In this document: positions 10,250 through 19,835 of the stretch, piece after piece
Layout: each line of letters opens with the position of its first letter
Numbering within the stretch: the first letter of the stretch is position 1
Assembly: GCA_963760795.1 (NCBI GenBank)
Contig: CAVXEP010000011.1
Span: 24,349-88,348 of the forward strand
DNA from: an uncultured delta proteobacterium
Lineage (GTDB): Bacteria; Desulfobacterota; Binatia; UBA9968
Length of the DNA stretch: 64,000 nt
Direction: 5' to 3'
Notes under the pieces: generated by a model
Told to the model about the DNA's origin: nothing
Database searches by the model: none
The model's input: the letters and a program-made list of their open reading frames with translations, nothing else
Position numbers and translations under genes: made by a program

Positions 10250-10403
10250 AGCACGCCGCGACTTGCCCGCGCCGCAAAGATAAACCGATTCAAGAGTATT
10301 GGTCTCGCCGCACGGATAATTCGCACAGCACGCCGAGACTTGCCTGCGCCGCAAAGATAAACCGATTCAAGAGTATTGGTCTCGCCGCACGGATTATTCG
10401 CAG
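10250..10403. repeat. 77-bp tandem duplication (2 copies)
   Basis: 10250-10326 and 10327-10403 match except for 3 internal substitutions and the last base. Confidence 0.93.
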
Positions 10404-10846
10404 GATATCCTACGCGGTTTAGTTCTCCGATTTCACTGAGTTAACTGGTTCGCGCTGATAATCGTCAGTAGGCTATCTCCTACAAGCGCGTTACGACGAT
10501 GTCGCGGCAATTATTGAGTTAGTGCTTCAATCTAAGCAGGTTAGGTCGATTCCTTCGCAGTTGATACGCCGATGCCGAACCTTGTCATGGCCTGCGCCCG
10601 GTGCCCGATGCATCGAGCTATCATACGATAAATTCTTGCGGCAATACCATCATCACTCCCCGAACTGCGTAACGATTTTGCTTACTGGATCACCCGCTGA
10701 ACGAAGCGACGTCGGGCGGGCAACTATCTAGCGTCGGCATCGTCCAGTTTCATTTGGTTTACGGCATTGCACCCGCCTATCAGCGATTTGTTCGACGGCT
10801 ATTTGCAATCGGCGTAGCGCAGCGTCGACGCCCCCTCAAGGGCCAG

Positions 10847-10999
10847 GCGTTTTACTTCATGTCGACACAAACTTTCTTCTTGGCGACTGGTTGCGAGGCG
10901 CGGGACTTGGCCGAGTTTGCCGACGCCTTGCGCTATATCAAAGTTTATTTGTTGGCGTTTCTCTCACTGGAACACAATGACGACATCGAGCACTTGTGA
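10847..10999 (+). pseudogene. Possible DUF5752-like gene remnant upstream of otsAB
   Basis: AFYFMSTQTFFLATGCEARDLAEFADALRYI resembles the DUF5752 repeat; no intact start or full-length ORF. Confidence 0.4.
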
Positions 11000-11023
11000 C
11001 TCGCACCGGTCGGCGCTACGATC

Positions 11024-13297
11024 ATGAGTATGGAAAATCAGCCGGCGCAAAGAATCGTCCTGGTGTCCAATCGCTTGCCCTTCACGGTGGCGACGGTTGA
11101 CGGCGCCGTCGAGTTTCTTCCCAGCGCCGGCGGTGTCGCCACCGGCCTGCATGCGCTGCTGACGGCGGCCCATACTCCCATCCTCGAAAACACGGAATAT
11201 GTTTGGATCGGCTGGCCTGGCGCCGCGGTCAGCGAGGAGTCGCGCGACCAGGTGCGCGCGGAAGCGCTTTCGCGCTATCACGCTTCGCCGGTGTTTTTGT
11301 CCGAGGCGGAAATCGAGTCCTTTTATTCCGGCTTTTGCAATAAAACGATTTGGCCGCTGTTTCACTATTTCCCCCAATATGCCCGCCATGAGCCGGAGTA
11401 TTGGGCGCACTACCTCAAGGTCAACCAGGCCTTCGCCGACGCCGCGCTGGAAGTTCTCCGTCCCGGCGATCTGCTCTGGATTCACGACTATCACCTGATG
11501 CTGTTGCCGCAGCTGATTCGCGCCCGGCTACCGCAGCTGTCCATCGGTTTCTTTTTGCATATCCCGTTTCCCCACTACGAGATTTTCCGGCTGTTGCCGG
11601 AGCAGTGGCGGCGCGAACTGCTCGAAGGGCTGCTGGGCTCCGACGTGATCGGCTTTCATACCTTCGACTATGGCCAATATTTTCTTCGCTGTGTGCTGCG
11701 CGTGCTCGGCCATGAAAGCCACATGGGTAGACTCTTGGTCGGCGATCGCAGCGTCAAAGTCGGCGCGTTTCCCATGGGCGTGCCCTTCGATAAATTTGCC
11801 GCCGCCGCGGCCAGCGGCGCGGTGGCGGAGGAGGCGCAAACGCTGCGCGGCATGCTGCCCGGCACTAAACTGGTACTGTCCATCGACCGCCAGGATTATT
11901 CCAAGGGGATTCTTCATCGGCTGCAAGGGTTCGAGTCGATGCTCGAAGCCAATCCGCACTGGCGCGGCCAGGTCACGTTGCTGATGGTCGTGGTGCCGTC
12001 GCGCATCGGCATCGAAGACTACGAGCAGATGAAGAAGCAGATCGAAGAGCTGGTCGGCAGGATTAACGGCAAGTTTGGCGATATCGGCTGGACGCCGATC
12101 CTTTACCAGTACCGCAGTCTGTCCTTCGACTCGTTGGTGGCGCTGTACTCGATCAGCGACGTGGCCCTGGTGACGCCGCTGCGCGACGGCATGAATCTGA
12201 TTGCCAAAGAATATATCGCCAGCCGGTTGCACAACGACGGCGTGCTGATTCTCAGCGAGATGGCCGGCGCTGCGCGCGAGCTTGGCGAAGCCATCATCAT
12301 CAATCCCAATATCCGTGACGAAATCGCCAGCGCTTTGGTCGCGGCCTTGAATATGCCGGCGATGGAGCAAGGCCGGCGCATGGAAATCATGCAAGAGCGG
12401 TTGTCGCGCTGCGATCTGTCCCAGTGGGCGCAAGATATTTTGCGCGAGCTGGTCGCGGTCCAGCCCAGCCGCCAGCGGGTATTTGCCAAGCTCCTTGGCC
12501 TTCAGGAAATGGCTGCGCTCCTAAACCACTACCGCCGGGCGCCGCGCCGGCTGATCATGCTCGATTTCGACGGCACCCTGGTGCCGCTGGTCGACGATCC
12601 GCGGCGCGCCAACCCGACGCCGGCGCTGTTGAAGATTCTCGCTTCGCTGGCCGCCGATCCGGCTAACGAATTGGTTCTGATCAGCGGTCGCGACCGGGCG
12701 ACATTACATGAATGGTTTGCCAACCTGCCGGTGGGCCTGGCCGCCGAACATGGCGCATGGCGTAAAAAGCGCTCACAACAATGGACCTTGGCGCGCAACT
12801 TGAGCTGCGACTGGAAGCCAAAGCTCAGTCCGATGATGATCCAGTACGCCGACCGGCTGCCCGGGGCATTCGTCGAAGAAAAAGAATTCTCCCTGGTCTG
12901 GCACTATCGCCGCGCCGACTCGGAACAAGGCATGGTGGTGGCGCGCGAGCTAATGGACGATCTGCTGCTTTTCACCGGCAATATCGACGTGAAAGTTGTC
13001 CAGGGCAATAAAATCGTCGAAGTTCGCAGCTTGGGTCTCGCCAAGTCGTTGGCGGCACGCAGCTGGTTGCGCGACGGCGAGTTCGATTTCATTCTTGCCG
13101 TCGGCGACGATCACGACGATGAAGAACTGTTCGGCGTGTTGCCACAGCAAGCCTACTCCATCCGCGTCGGCATCACCCAAACTGCGGCGCGCTTCAACCT
13201 GCGCGAGCCCAAGGAAGTGGTCACGCTGCTCGAAGCCTTGACGGAAGCCCACGCCTTGACGCGGCCGGCGGGGAGTCCGAGCGGGCCGTTGGGTTGA
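11024..13297 (+). CDS. otsA: Bifunctional trehalose-6-phosphate synthase / phosphatase (OtsA-OtsB fusion)
   Basis: VSNRLP, IWPLFHY, WIHDYHL, FFLHIPFP and RDGMNLIAKEY (GT20), then HAD motifs LDFDGTL, ISGR, AEHG and GDDHDDE. Confidence 0.95.
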   Translation: MSMENQPAQRIVLVSNRLPFTVATVDGAVEFLPSAGGVATGLHALLTAAHTPILENTEYVWIGWPGAAVSEESRDQVRAEALSRYHASPVFLSEAEIESFYSGFCNKTIWPLFHYFPQYARHEPEYWAHYLKVNQAFADAALEVLRPGDLLWIHDYHLMLLPQLIRARLPQLSIGFFLHIPFPHYEIFRLLPEQWRRELLEGLLGSDVIGFHTFDYGQYFLRCVLRVLGHESHMGRLLVGDRSVKVGAFPMGVPFDKFAAAAASGAVAEEAQTLRGMLPGTKLVLSIDRQDYSKGILHRLQGFESMLEANPHWRGQVTLLMVVVPSRIGIEDYEQMKKQIEELVGRINGKFGDIGWTPILYQYRSLSFDSLVALYSISDVALVTPLRDGMNLIAKEYIASRLHNDGVLILSEMAGAARELGEAIIINPNIRDEIASALVAALNMPAMEQGRRMEIMQERLSRCDLSQWAQDILRELVAVQPSRQRVFAKLLGLQEMAALLNHYRRAPRRLIMLDFDGTLVPLVDDPRRANPTPALLKILASLAADPANELVLISGRDRATLHEWFANLPVGLAAEHGAWRKKRSQQWTLARNLSCDWKPKLSPMMIQYADRLPGAFVEEKEFSLVWHYRRADSEQGMVVARELMDDLLLFTGNIDVKVVQGNKIVEVRSLGLAKSLAARSWLRDGEFDFILAVGDDHDDEELFGVLPQQAYSIRVGITQTAARFNLREPKEVVTLLEALTEAHALTRPAGSPSGPLG

Positions 13298-13449
13298 CGG
13301 AAAAGGGTTTTACCACAAAGCGAGAATTTCGGATTCGAAATGTTAGCCGCAAAGATCGCAATACACGCTAACAATATTTCAGAAACGTCGGAGCGGGGTT
13401 GATACCCGCGCTCTTATCTTTGTGTCCGTCGTGAGCAAGCGGCCCGACA

Positions 13450-14076
13450 CTAGCGGTTTATGCTGAAGATCAGGAACGACTGGCGGTCGAGGAAGGTCAG
13501 TTCTTGTTGCAGCGTGTAGCCGGCCTGTTCCATCTCGCGTTTAATGAACTCTGCCGGGGTGTAGTGGCGCAACAGCCCTGCCAGCCAGGCGCGCCGGTCG
13601 AAGTCGATGATGGCGATGCGGCCGGCGGGTTTTAAATATTTGCGCAGGTTTGAAAAGTAGACGATGCGGTTGTCGAAGTGATGGTAGGTATTGCTGGTAA
13701 AGATCAGATCGACGGCGGATTCCGGCAGCAGCGGGTCATTCGATTTCGCGAGGATGGTTGTGATGTTATCGGCGCCATCTTTCTTGGCCCGTTCGGCGAT
13801 CAATTGGTTGGTGCCTTGATCAATATCGACGGCGTAGACTTTGCCGCTCGGACCGACTGCCTTGGCGAGATGGAAAGTAAAGTAGCCGCCGCCGGCGCCA
13901 AGGTCGGCGATCTCAGCGCCAGGCGGGATCTGCAATGTAGCGATTACCTTGTCCGGCTGCTGCCATTGGTCGCGGTCGATGCCTTGGTAGGCCCATTGCT
14001 TGAGCCTGCTGCAGCCAGCATTGAAGCAGCAGAGAAGAACGAGAAGGTAAATTAGTTTTTGCTGATTCCGAGACAT
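13450..14076 (-). CDS. Class I SAM-dependent methyltransferase with N-terminal signal/lipoprotein peptide
   Basis: RDQWQQPD, IADLGAGGGYF, KVYAVDI and YHHF; N-terminal hydrophobic stretch ending NAGC. Confidence 0.88.
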   Translation of the reverse strand: MSRNQQKLIYLLVLLCCFNAGCSRLKQWAYQGIDRDQWQQPDKVIATLQIPPGAEIADLGAGGGYFTFHLAKAVGPSGKVYAVDIDQGTNQLIAERAKKDGADNITTILAKSNDPLLPESAVDLIFTSNTYHHFDNRIVYFSNLRKYLKPAGRIAIIDFDRRAWLAGLLRHYTPAEFIKREMEQAGYTLQQELTFLDRQSFLIFSINR

Positions 14077-14280
14077 TGCCGCTCAAAACTTATGCACTAC
14101 GAAGTGAATCGCGATTACCCACTCCCACAGATAATTAAGCGACCCGTCGAGCGCGTTGGTCCTGCTCGAGTGAGGAGTAAGTAACATCATCAACGCAGGC
14201 GTGGCAGCCCGCTGCCCACCGGCTTTCGCAATGCCGTCGAGGGGTGGCATGCACCGCCGAGCACAGGGGTGTACTCTCTG

Positions 14281-14342
14281 GCCGAAACGATCTGATCGTT
14301 TCGGCGGTTCAAAACGTTCCAATCGTTCAAGCCGTTCAAAAC
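14281..14342. repeat. Perfect hairpin followed by a 9-bp GTTC(A/C)A tandem array
   Basis: gccgaaacgatc-t-gatcgtttcggc (14281-14305), then gttcaaaac gttccaatc gttcaagcc gttcaaaac. Confidence 0.75.
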
Positions 14343-14400
14343 CTTTCGGATATGCCGGCCGGAGACGCTGATCACACGCCGACGAAGAGGATCACATTTC

Positions 14401-15163
14401 CTATTTCCCACCGGCCAGTAACTTACCCCAGCCTTGCACGGGCGGAATGATGCCGGGGCGCACCAAGTCGTTCCACACCTCCGTGCTCATGTTGGTGAAA
14501 GCCGGTTTGCCAAATTCGTCCTCGATGGCGGGGATGACGTGGAGCGCCATGGCGGCGCCGCCGGGGATTGAGATGGCTTGGGCCTCGGGCCAAGTTCTCG
14601 CGGCTTCCCGACCGACTTCGAGGGCCATTGCCAAACCTTCTTCCAGGCTCATGGCGAATGAATCCGATGCCCACTGATTTCTTTTGGTGATGCCGAGGAC
14701 TTGGATGCCGCCTTCTTTCAAGTACTGAATGATCGCGTTGTTGACCTTGTCCGCCCAGCGGCTGCCGACAGCGATTTTCGTGAGACCGAGATGCTTGAGC
14801 GCCGCGAGCAGCGCTTCCAACGGCGCATCGGCCGTGATGCCGGTCTTCTCTTTGGTTTGCTTGAGTAAATCCAGCACCCTTGTGCGGGTCAGACACCGCG
14901 GAGATGGGCGCGCCGCTGAAAATAATATGATCGACTTTTTCTTTGACCAGGCGGTCGACGCAGGTCCAATAATTTTTGATCGCTTTCTCGACGCCTTCTT
15001 CGGTGTAGTTCTCCAAGCCCAGGCCGGTGGCGATTTCGATGAAATCGAGCGGCAGCAGCTTATACAGCTGGTAACTGCGGGCACGCGAGACCTCCTCATT
15101 GGCGCGCGGTTGGATGACGCCGTAGCGAAAACGGGGGAGCAGCTTGCTGATGTAGTCGGCCAT
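14401..15163 (-). pseudogene. Maleate isomerase / arylmalonate decarboxylase (Asp/Glu racemase superfamily)-like protein, one frameshift near 14893
   Basis: ORF 14423-15163 supplies the N-terminus and ORF 14401-15099 the C-terminus (ALKHLGLTKIAV, IEDEFGKP, GWGKLL); removing one base joins them; may be a sequencing error. Confidence 0.78.
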
Positions 15164-15199
15164 TTTGTTGTCCTCCTTTTATTGTTTGTTGTTCCCGGA

Positions 15200-15223
15200 A
15201 GGGCGACCGCCGGTCGCCCCTAC
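15200..15223 (-). repeat. GTAG-type REP palindrome
   Basis: Reverse strand reads GTAGGGGCGACCGGCGGTCGCCCT. Confidence 0.75.
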
Positions 15224-15285
15224 AGTCGGCAAATTTAGTGAATTTTTCATCACCGGTCAATTTTTATCTGACCACCGGTGATCGA

Positions 15286-16278
15286 TTATTTATTCCAGAG
15301 GGTCGCGAAAAACCCCTCTTTCACAAGTTCCAGCACCAAGCTGTTGTCATAAAACTGTTCAGCCTTCGCTTGTTTGGCTTTGGGATTTTTCCTGCCGCTC
15401 TCATCCATGGTCACCTGAATCGCCTCGCGCTTGACCAGGGGGATTTTTTGCACGAAATCGTAGGCGTACTGCAGGGTGCCCTCGAGCATGATCGGATCGC
15501 TGACCTTTGTGTAGCGCGAAACGATCGCCTTCGATTCCTCTTTTCGGGTATGCATGAAATGCACCGCGCTGCCGTAACCGCGCACGAACGCCTTGGCCTG
15601 AGCCCTGCGCTCGCGCAAGAATTTACCGGTCGTCGTCAGACCCTGATGGAGAAAAGGGATCTCCTCTTTGGCTAGATTGGCCAGCACCTTCATCCCGGCT
15701 TGCTGCGCCACCAGCCCCATGGGGTAGGACATGGCCGCGGCGTAGATGGATTTCTTGGAGAGCGCCGCGGCCAACTCCGGCAGTCCGCCGATTTGGATGA
15801 TTGGCACATCCCGGATCGGCTCAAGACCGTATTTTCTAAGAAACATTTGAATGCCAAAGTCGGTAGTGGCGCCGAATCGGCTCACACCAACGGGCTTACC
15901 CCGAAGGTCCGCGACGCTCTTGATCTCCGGCGCTGCGATAACATAAAGCGCGACAAAATTGACGATGGCGCCCACCGCCACGAGATCGCCCCCCTGAAGG
16001 CCGGTGTCGACCACGGCCTGGCTGTTAGTGGTGGAGATGGCGACCTCGCCGGCCAGCATCGCTTGCGCCATGGTTGATGAGGAGGCGATATAGATGAGAT
16101 CGGCATCGAGCCCTTCTTGCTTGAAGAAGCCGGCGTCCTTCATGATCCAGAAAGGGGCTTGTATCGCGGTGACCCCAGAATAACCGACCATCAATTTTTG
16201 CGCTGCGGCGATACTAGGAAGAACAAAAATTGCGACGATATACAGCAGGATGTACCGACGAGCATTGCGCTCTTTCAT
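15286..16278 (-). CDS. NitT/TauT (NMT1-like) ABC transporter substrate-binding protein
   Basis: Signal peptide; GFFKQEGLD, IKSVADLRGKPVGVSRFG and FYDNSLV; RBS GGAGGAG. Confidence 0.88.
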   Translation of the reverse strand: MKERNARRYILLYIVAIFVLPSIAAAQKLMVGYSGVTAIQAPFWIMKDAGFFKQEGLDADLIYIASSSTMAQAMLAGEVAISTTNSQAVVDTGLQGGDLVAVGAIVNFVALYVIAAPEIKSVADLRGKPVGVSRFGATTDFGIQMFLRKYGLEPIRDVPIIQIGGLPELAAALSKKSIYAAAMSYPMGLVAQQAGMKVLANLAKEEIPFLHQGLTTTGKFLRERRAQAKAFVRGYGSAVHFMHTRKEESKAIVSRYTKVSDPIMLEGTLQYAYDFVQKIPLVKREAIQVTMDESGRKNPKAKQAKAEQFYDNSLVLELVKEGFFATLWNK

Positions 16279-16479
16279 ATACTCCTCCCGGCTGATGAGC
16301 CCGCATCTACTTAGTACACCAGTCACGAATCGGTCAAGGGCGGATTCGCTGCCGATTAAGACGAGTCAGCGAATAATCGACGGTTCTCGATATTTCCCAA
16401 CATTTTGCGATTGACGGACCTAGCGCGCTGTAATAAACGAAAACTCTTTGTCGGTAACGCTTAATTTCAGGAGGCAACC

Positions 16480-18160
16480 ATGGCCCGAGTCACTGGGAGC
16501 CATTTAATCTGCAAAGCGCTCAAGCTCGAAGGCGTTAAGAATATTTTCGGTTTGGCCGGCGATCATATTCTGCCGGTCTTGGACGTCATGGCCGACCAAG
16601 ACTTTCGCATCATCGACACGCGCCACGAGCAGGCGGCGGTGCATATGGCCGACGCGTGGAGCCGTCTGACCGAGCAGCCGGGCGTGTGCATGTACACGAC
16701 GCCAGGTTTTGCCAACGCGATCCCCGGTCTGACCAATGCCCTGCACACCGAAGCCCCGGTGATATCCATCGCCGGCTCAGCCGACACGCACGACTTGGGA
16801 CGCGGCGCGCAGCAGGAGATCGACCAAGTGCACATGGCCGCGCCGGTTACCAAAGGTTCGTACATGGTCGACAACGTTCGACGAATCCCGGAATTCATCG
16901 CCCGCGCCATGCGCTTGGCCTTTAGCGGCCGGCGCGGCCCGGTGCATTTGACGATTCCCATCGACATCCAAGAGCAGAGCGTCGAGGAAGATGACGTCGG
17001 GTTCATCGAGCCGGACGGCTATCGGCCAAAGGTGCCGCAGTTGACCGATCCTGAGCTGGTGCGTCAGAGCGGTCGCTCTGCTACATAACGCGCAGAAGCC
17101 TTTGGTCGTCGCCGGCATTGCCGCTGGTTACACACTGTCGGGCGAATCCATGCAGCGCTTCATTGAGACCACGCGTTTGCCGCTGCTCACCGAGGAGCAG
17201 TCGCGCGGACTAGTCGGCGACGATCACCCGTATGTTTTCGGCTATTTCGAGCGCGGGCTGAACCGCGCCGCGGCGAAAGTGCGCGAGGCCGATCTGGTCG
17301 TGTTGCTTGGCCGCAAGCAAGATTTCACCATCGGCTTTTGCCGGCCGCCTCATGTCGCGGCGAATGCGAAAATCATCCAGATCGATCCATCGCCCTTGGA
17401 AATTGGCCGCAATCGCGGCGTTGCCGTCGGTATGGTCGGCGATGTCGCCAGCGTCTTGGAACAGATGACGAAGGAAGCGGCAAACTATCAGTGGCAAGAT
17501 CTACCCTGGTTGGACGAACTGCGCGCCGCGCGCGCCGCGCAATCCGAGTGGGCGGAAGATTTGACTCGCCGCACGGCGCCGATGCATGCGCTGTACGTGC
17601 ACAAGACGCTTAATTCGATCCTTCGTCCCGACGACTGCCTGATCTTCGACGGCGGCGACTTCTGCCATTTCGGCCGATCCTACTTGCCCGCGCTCAAGCC
17701 CAAGCGCTGGCTGAACGTGTCGAGTCTGGGCATGCTCGGCTCATCGTTGCCCTCGGCACTGGCGGCGAAAGTCGCGTACCCCGACTCACGCGTGTTCGTG
17801 CTCAGCGGCGACGGCGCTTTCGGCTTCAACGCCATGGAGTTCGACACCGCGGTGCGCCACCAGCTCAACATCGTCGAGATTATCGGCAACGATTCGGCGT
17901 GGGGTATCGACCGGCAAATCCAGCTGGGTCTCTACGGCCGCCCGGTTGCCACCGACTTGTTGCAAACCCGTTACGATCAAATGGTTGAAGGCTTGGGTGG
18001 CTACGGCGAGTTTGTCGAACGCGCTGAAGACTTAGAGCCGGCGCTGCAGCGCGCATTAGCCAGCGGCAAACCGGCGCTGCTGAACGTCGTAGTCGAGCGC
18101 GCGATCAGCCCGCGCGCCGAGGCAGCCATCGGCCGGCGTAAAACGGCGGCGCAGAAGTAA
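16480..18160 (+). pseudogene. Thiamine-diphosphate-dependent enzyme (acetolactate synthase / HACL / benzaldehyde lyase-like), one frameshift near 17068
   Basis: TRHEQAAVHMAD and GPVHLTIP in 16480-17088; GDGAFGFNAMEFDT...GND in 17102-18160; one extra base separates the frames; may be a sequencing error. Confidence 0.85.
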
Positions 18161-18248
18161 GAAGCCAACCGTTTTGTCGCGGCTGAAAGCAGCAAAAATC
18201 GTTTTCGTCGCCAATCGTCGGATTACAGATCACTAACTAGGCTGACAA

Positions 18249-18352
18249 TATGACCCGAGAAAGGCAGCATCCAACCTGGCCGGGCATGGTGTGTGGTTCG
18301 AAGAAGCGCTCATGGTATTCGGGGAGGTTCTTGCACGGAGTTTTGATGACGA
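18249..18352 (+). pseudogene. brnT: BrnT-family toxin remnant (N-terminal third)
   Basis: Frame from 18249 reads YDPRKAASNLAGHGVWFEEALMVFGEVLARSFDD, matching the BrnT pattern WDxxKAxxNxxKHGVxFEEAxxVF; no start codon and no C-terminus. Confidence 0.7.
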
Positions 18353-18611
18353 GTCCGACGATGATCCTTATCGTCTTGCCCGCGTAGGACGGTGTCCGAG
18401 CTTGCAGGTTTGCGGTCCAAGGAAAGCGGAAGGATTCTACAGCAGCGCTTAGGCGCTTAAACTTCTCGGCGAAAGCAAAGCAGGAAAAGCGCGAAGCCAG
18501 CTATTTTCCTCATAGGTCATCTCTCCTCCGCAGCCTCTAGCGGCGGTCTTAATAAAAAGATTTCTCCGCGAACTCAGCGTCTCAGCGGTGATCAATCCGT
18601 CTCGACGGTCA

Positions 18612-19688
18612 TTACTTGCCGATCGCGAAGATCTCATTATAGAGCTTGGTGAACTCTTTGAAGTTGGGTCCGACGATCTCGGGTTTCACCACCAGATATT
18701 TATCGACTCGAAGTTGGGGAAATCGCTCTTTCAATCCCGTGCGCGTCGGCGTGCGGCCGAACTTCTCGGCGAAGAATTTCATGCCGCCATCCGCCGCTAA
18801 CGCCCAGTCGATGAAGAGCGCCGCGGCGTGCGGGTGGGGCGAATTTTTGGTCAGCAAAAGATACGCGGGATTGGACAATACCGGGTCGAAAAGCACAGTC
18901 TCCACCGGCGCGCCTTCGTCTTTTAACTGCAGCGGCCGGTAGCCGTAGAGCCACGGCGCCATTTGAATCTCTCCGGCGCCGACAAGATTGGCCTGCTGGG
19001 TGTGTCCCGAAACCATTCTGGGATCGAGCTTGGCGAGGTTCCTAAAATAACTTAGTGCCTTCTCCTTGCCCCAGTGGAGCAAGAGCGCGCCGAACAGATC
19101 CTGATCCGCCGGATCGAGCGAAAAGCGCCCTTTCCATTTTGGGTTGAGCAGCTCCTCGTAGCTCTTGGGCGCCTCCGCGGGCTTGATATGCTGGGTGTTG
19201 AAACCGAGAGCCAAAACGAAATGATAATGCGCCGTCCAAAATCCTTTCTCGTCCATGAAGTCTTTGGGAATTCCATCGCGGCTGGGCGAGAGATAGGCGT
19301 CGATGAGTCCCGCTTGCAAAAACGTGTGCGCCTCGCCGGCCGAGATGTCGATCACGTCGGCGAGAGTTTGTCCGGCGCGCGATTCAGTGGCGAACTTATT
19401 GTACACCCCGGTCGCATTGGCCCGGTAATGTTCCGGCTTGATGAACGGATAGCGCTTTTGAAACTCGTCGAGCAAAGGCTTCAACTGATCGACGGCGGTA
19501 AAGCTGTAGACTACGACCCGGCCCTCTTTTTTCGCGCCGTCGCCGAGCTTCTGCTCCCGTTCCTTGCCCTTAACTCCGTCAAATTGTTTGAGCAGCGATG
19601 CCGCGCTCTGACCAAGAGCGTAAAACGGCAAAAATAGCGTAGTAACCGAAGCAATGAGGAGCGACAAAAGTAAAACTTGCCTTCTCAT
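18612..19688 (-). CDS. Extracellular solute-binding protein (Fe3+/thiamine/polyamine-type cluster)
   Basis: Signal peptide; AKKEGRVVVY, PKSYEELLNPKWKG and PHPHAAALFIDW. Confidence 0.88.
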   Translation of the reverse strand: MRRQVLLLSLLIASVTTLFLPFYALGQSAASLLKQFDGVKGKEREQKLGDGAKKEGRVVVYSFTAVDQLKPLLDEFQKRYPFIKPEHYRANATGVYNKFATESRAGQTLADVIDISAGEAHTFLQAGLIDAYLSPSRDGIPKDFMDEKGFWTAHYHFVLALGFNTQHIKPAEAPKSYEELLNPKWKGRFSLDPADQDLFGALLLHWGKEKALSYFRNLAKLDPRMVSGHTQQANLVGAGEIQMAPWLYGYRPLQLKDEGAPVETVLFDPVLSNPAYLLLTKNSPHPHAAALFIDWALAADGGMKFFAEKFGRTPTRTGLKERFPQLRVDKYLVVKPEIVGPNFKEFTKLYNEIFAIGK

Positions 19689-19835
19689 ACGTTCTCCTAT
19701 TGTTTGGATGCCTTGACAACCACGTCTCTATCGTAGGAAAAGCTGAAGCCAATAAGGCTTTCCGGCAGACGGTGAAAACTGACCTTGTACGAGCCGATCA
19801 AAGTCATAGAACTTCACAGGCGTCAAGGAGAATTT

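Noticed and set aside
10250-10403. CRISPR array
   Set aside because: Only two long adjacent copies, no unique spacers and no cas genes
10520-10560. tRNA-like fragment (cttcaatct...aggtcgattcct)
   Set aside because: The T-loop is not canonical and no acceptor or D stem can be built
10755-10770. Sigma-54 promoter upstream of otsAB (tggtttacggcattgc)
   Set aside because: GG-to-GC spacing is 11, not the required 10
14880-17080. Programmed frameshifting at the split genes
   Set aside because: No canonical slippery heptamers or shared context; indel error or pseudogenisation is simpler
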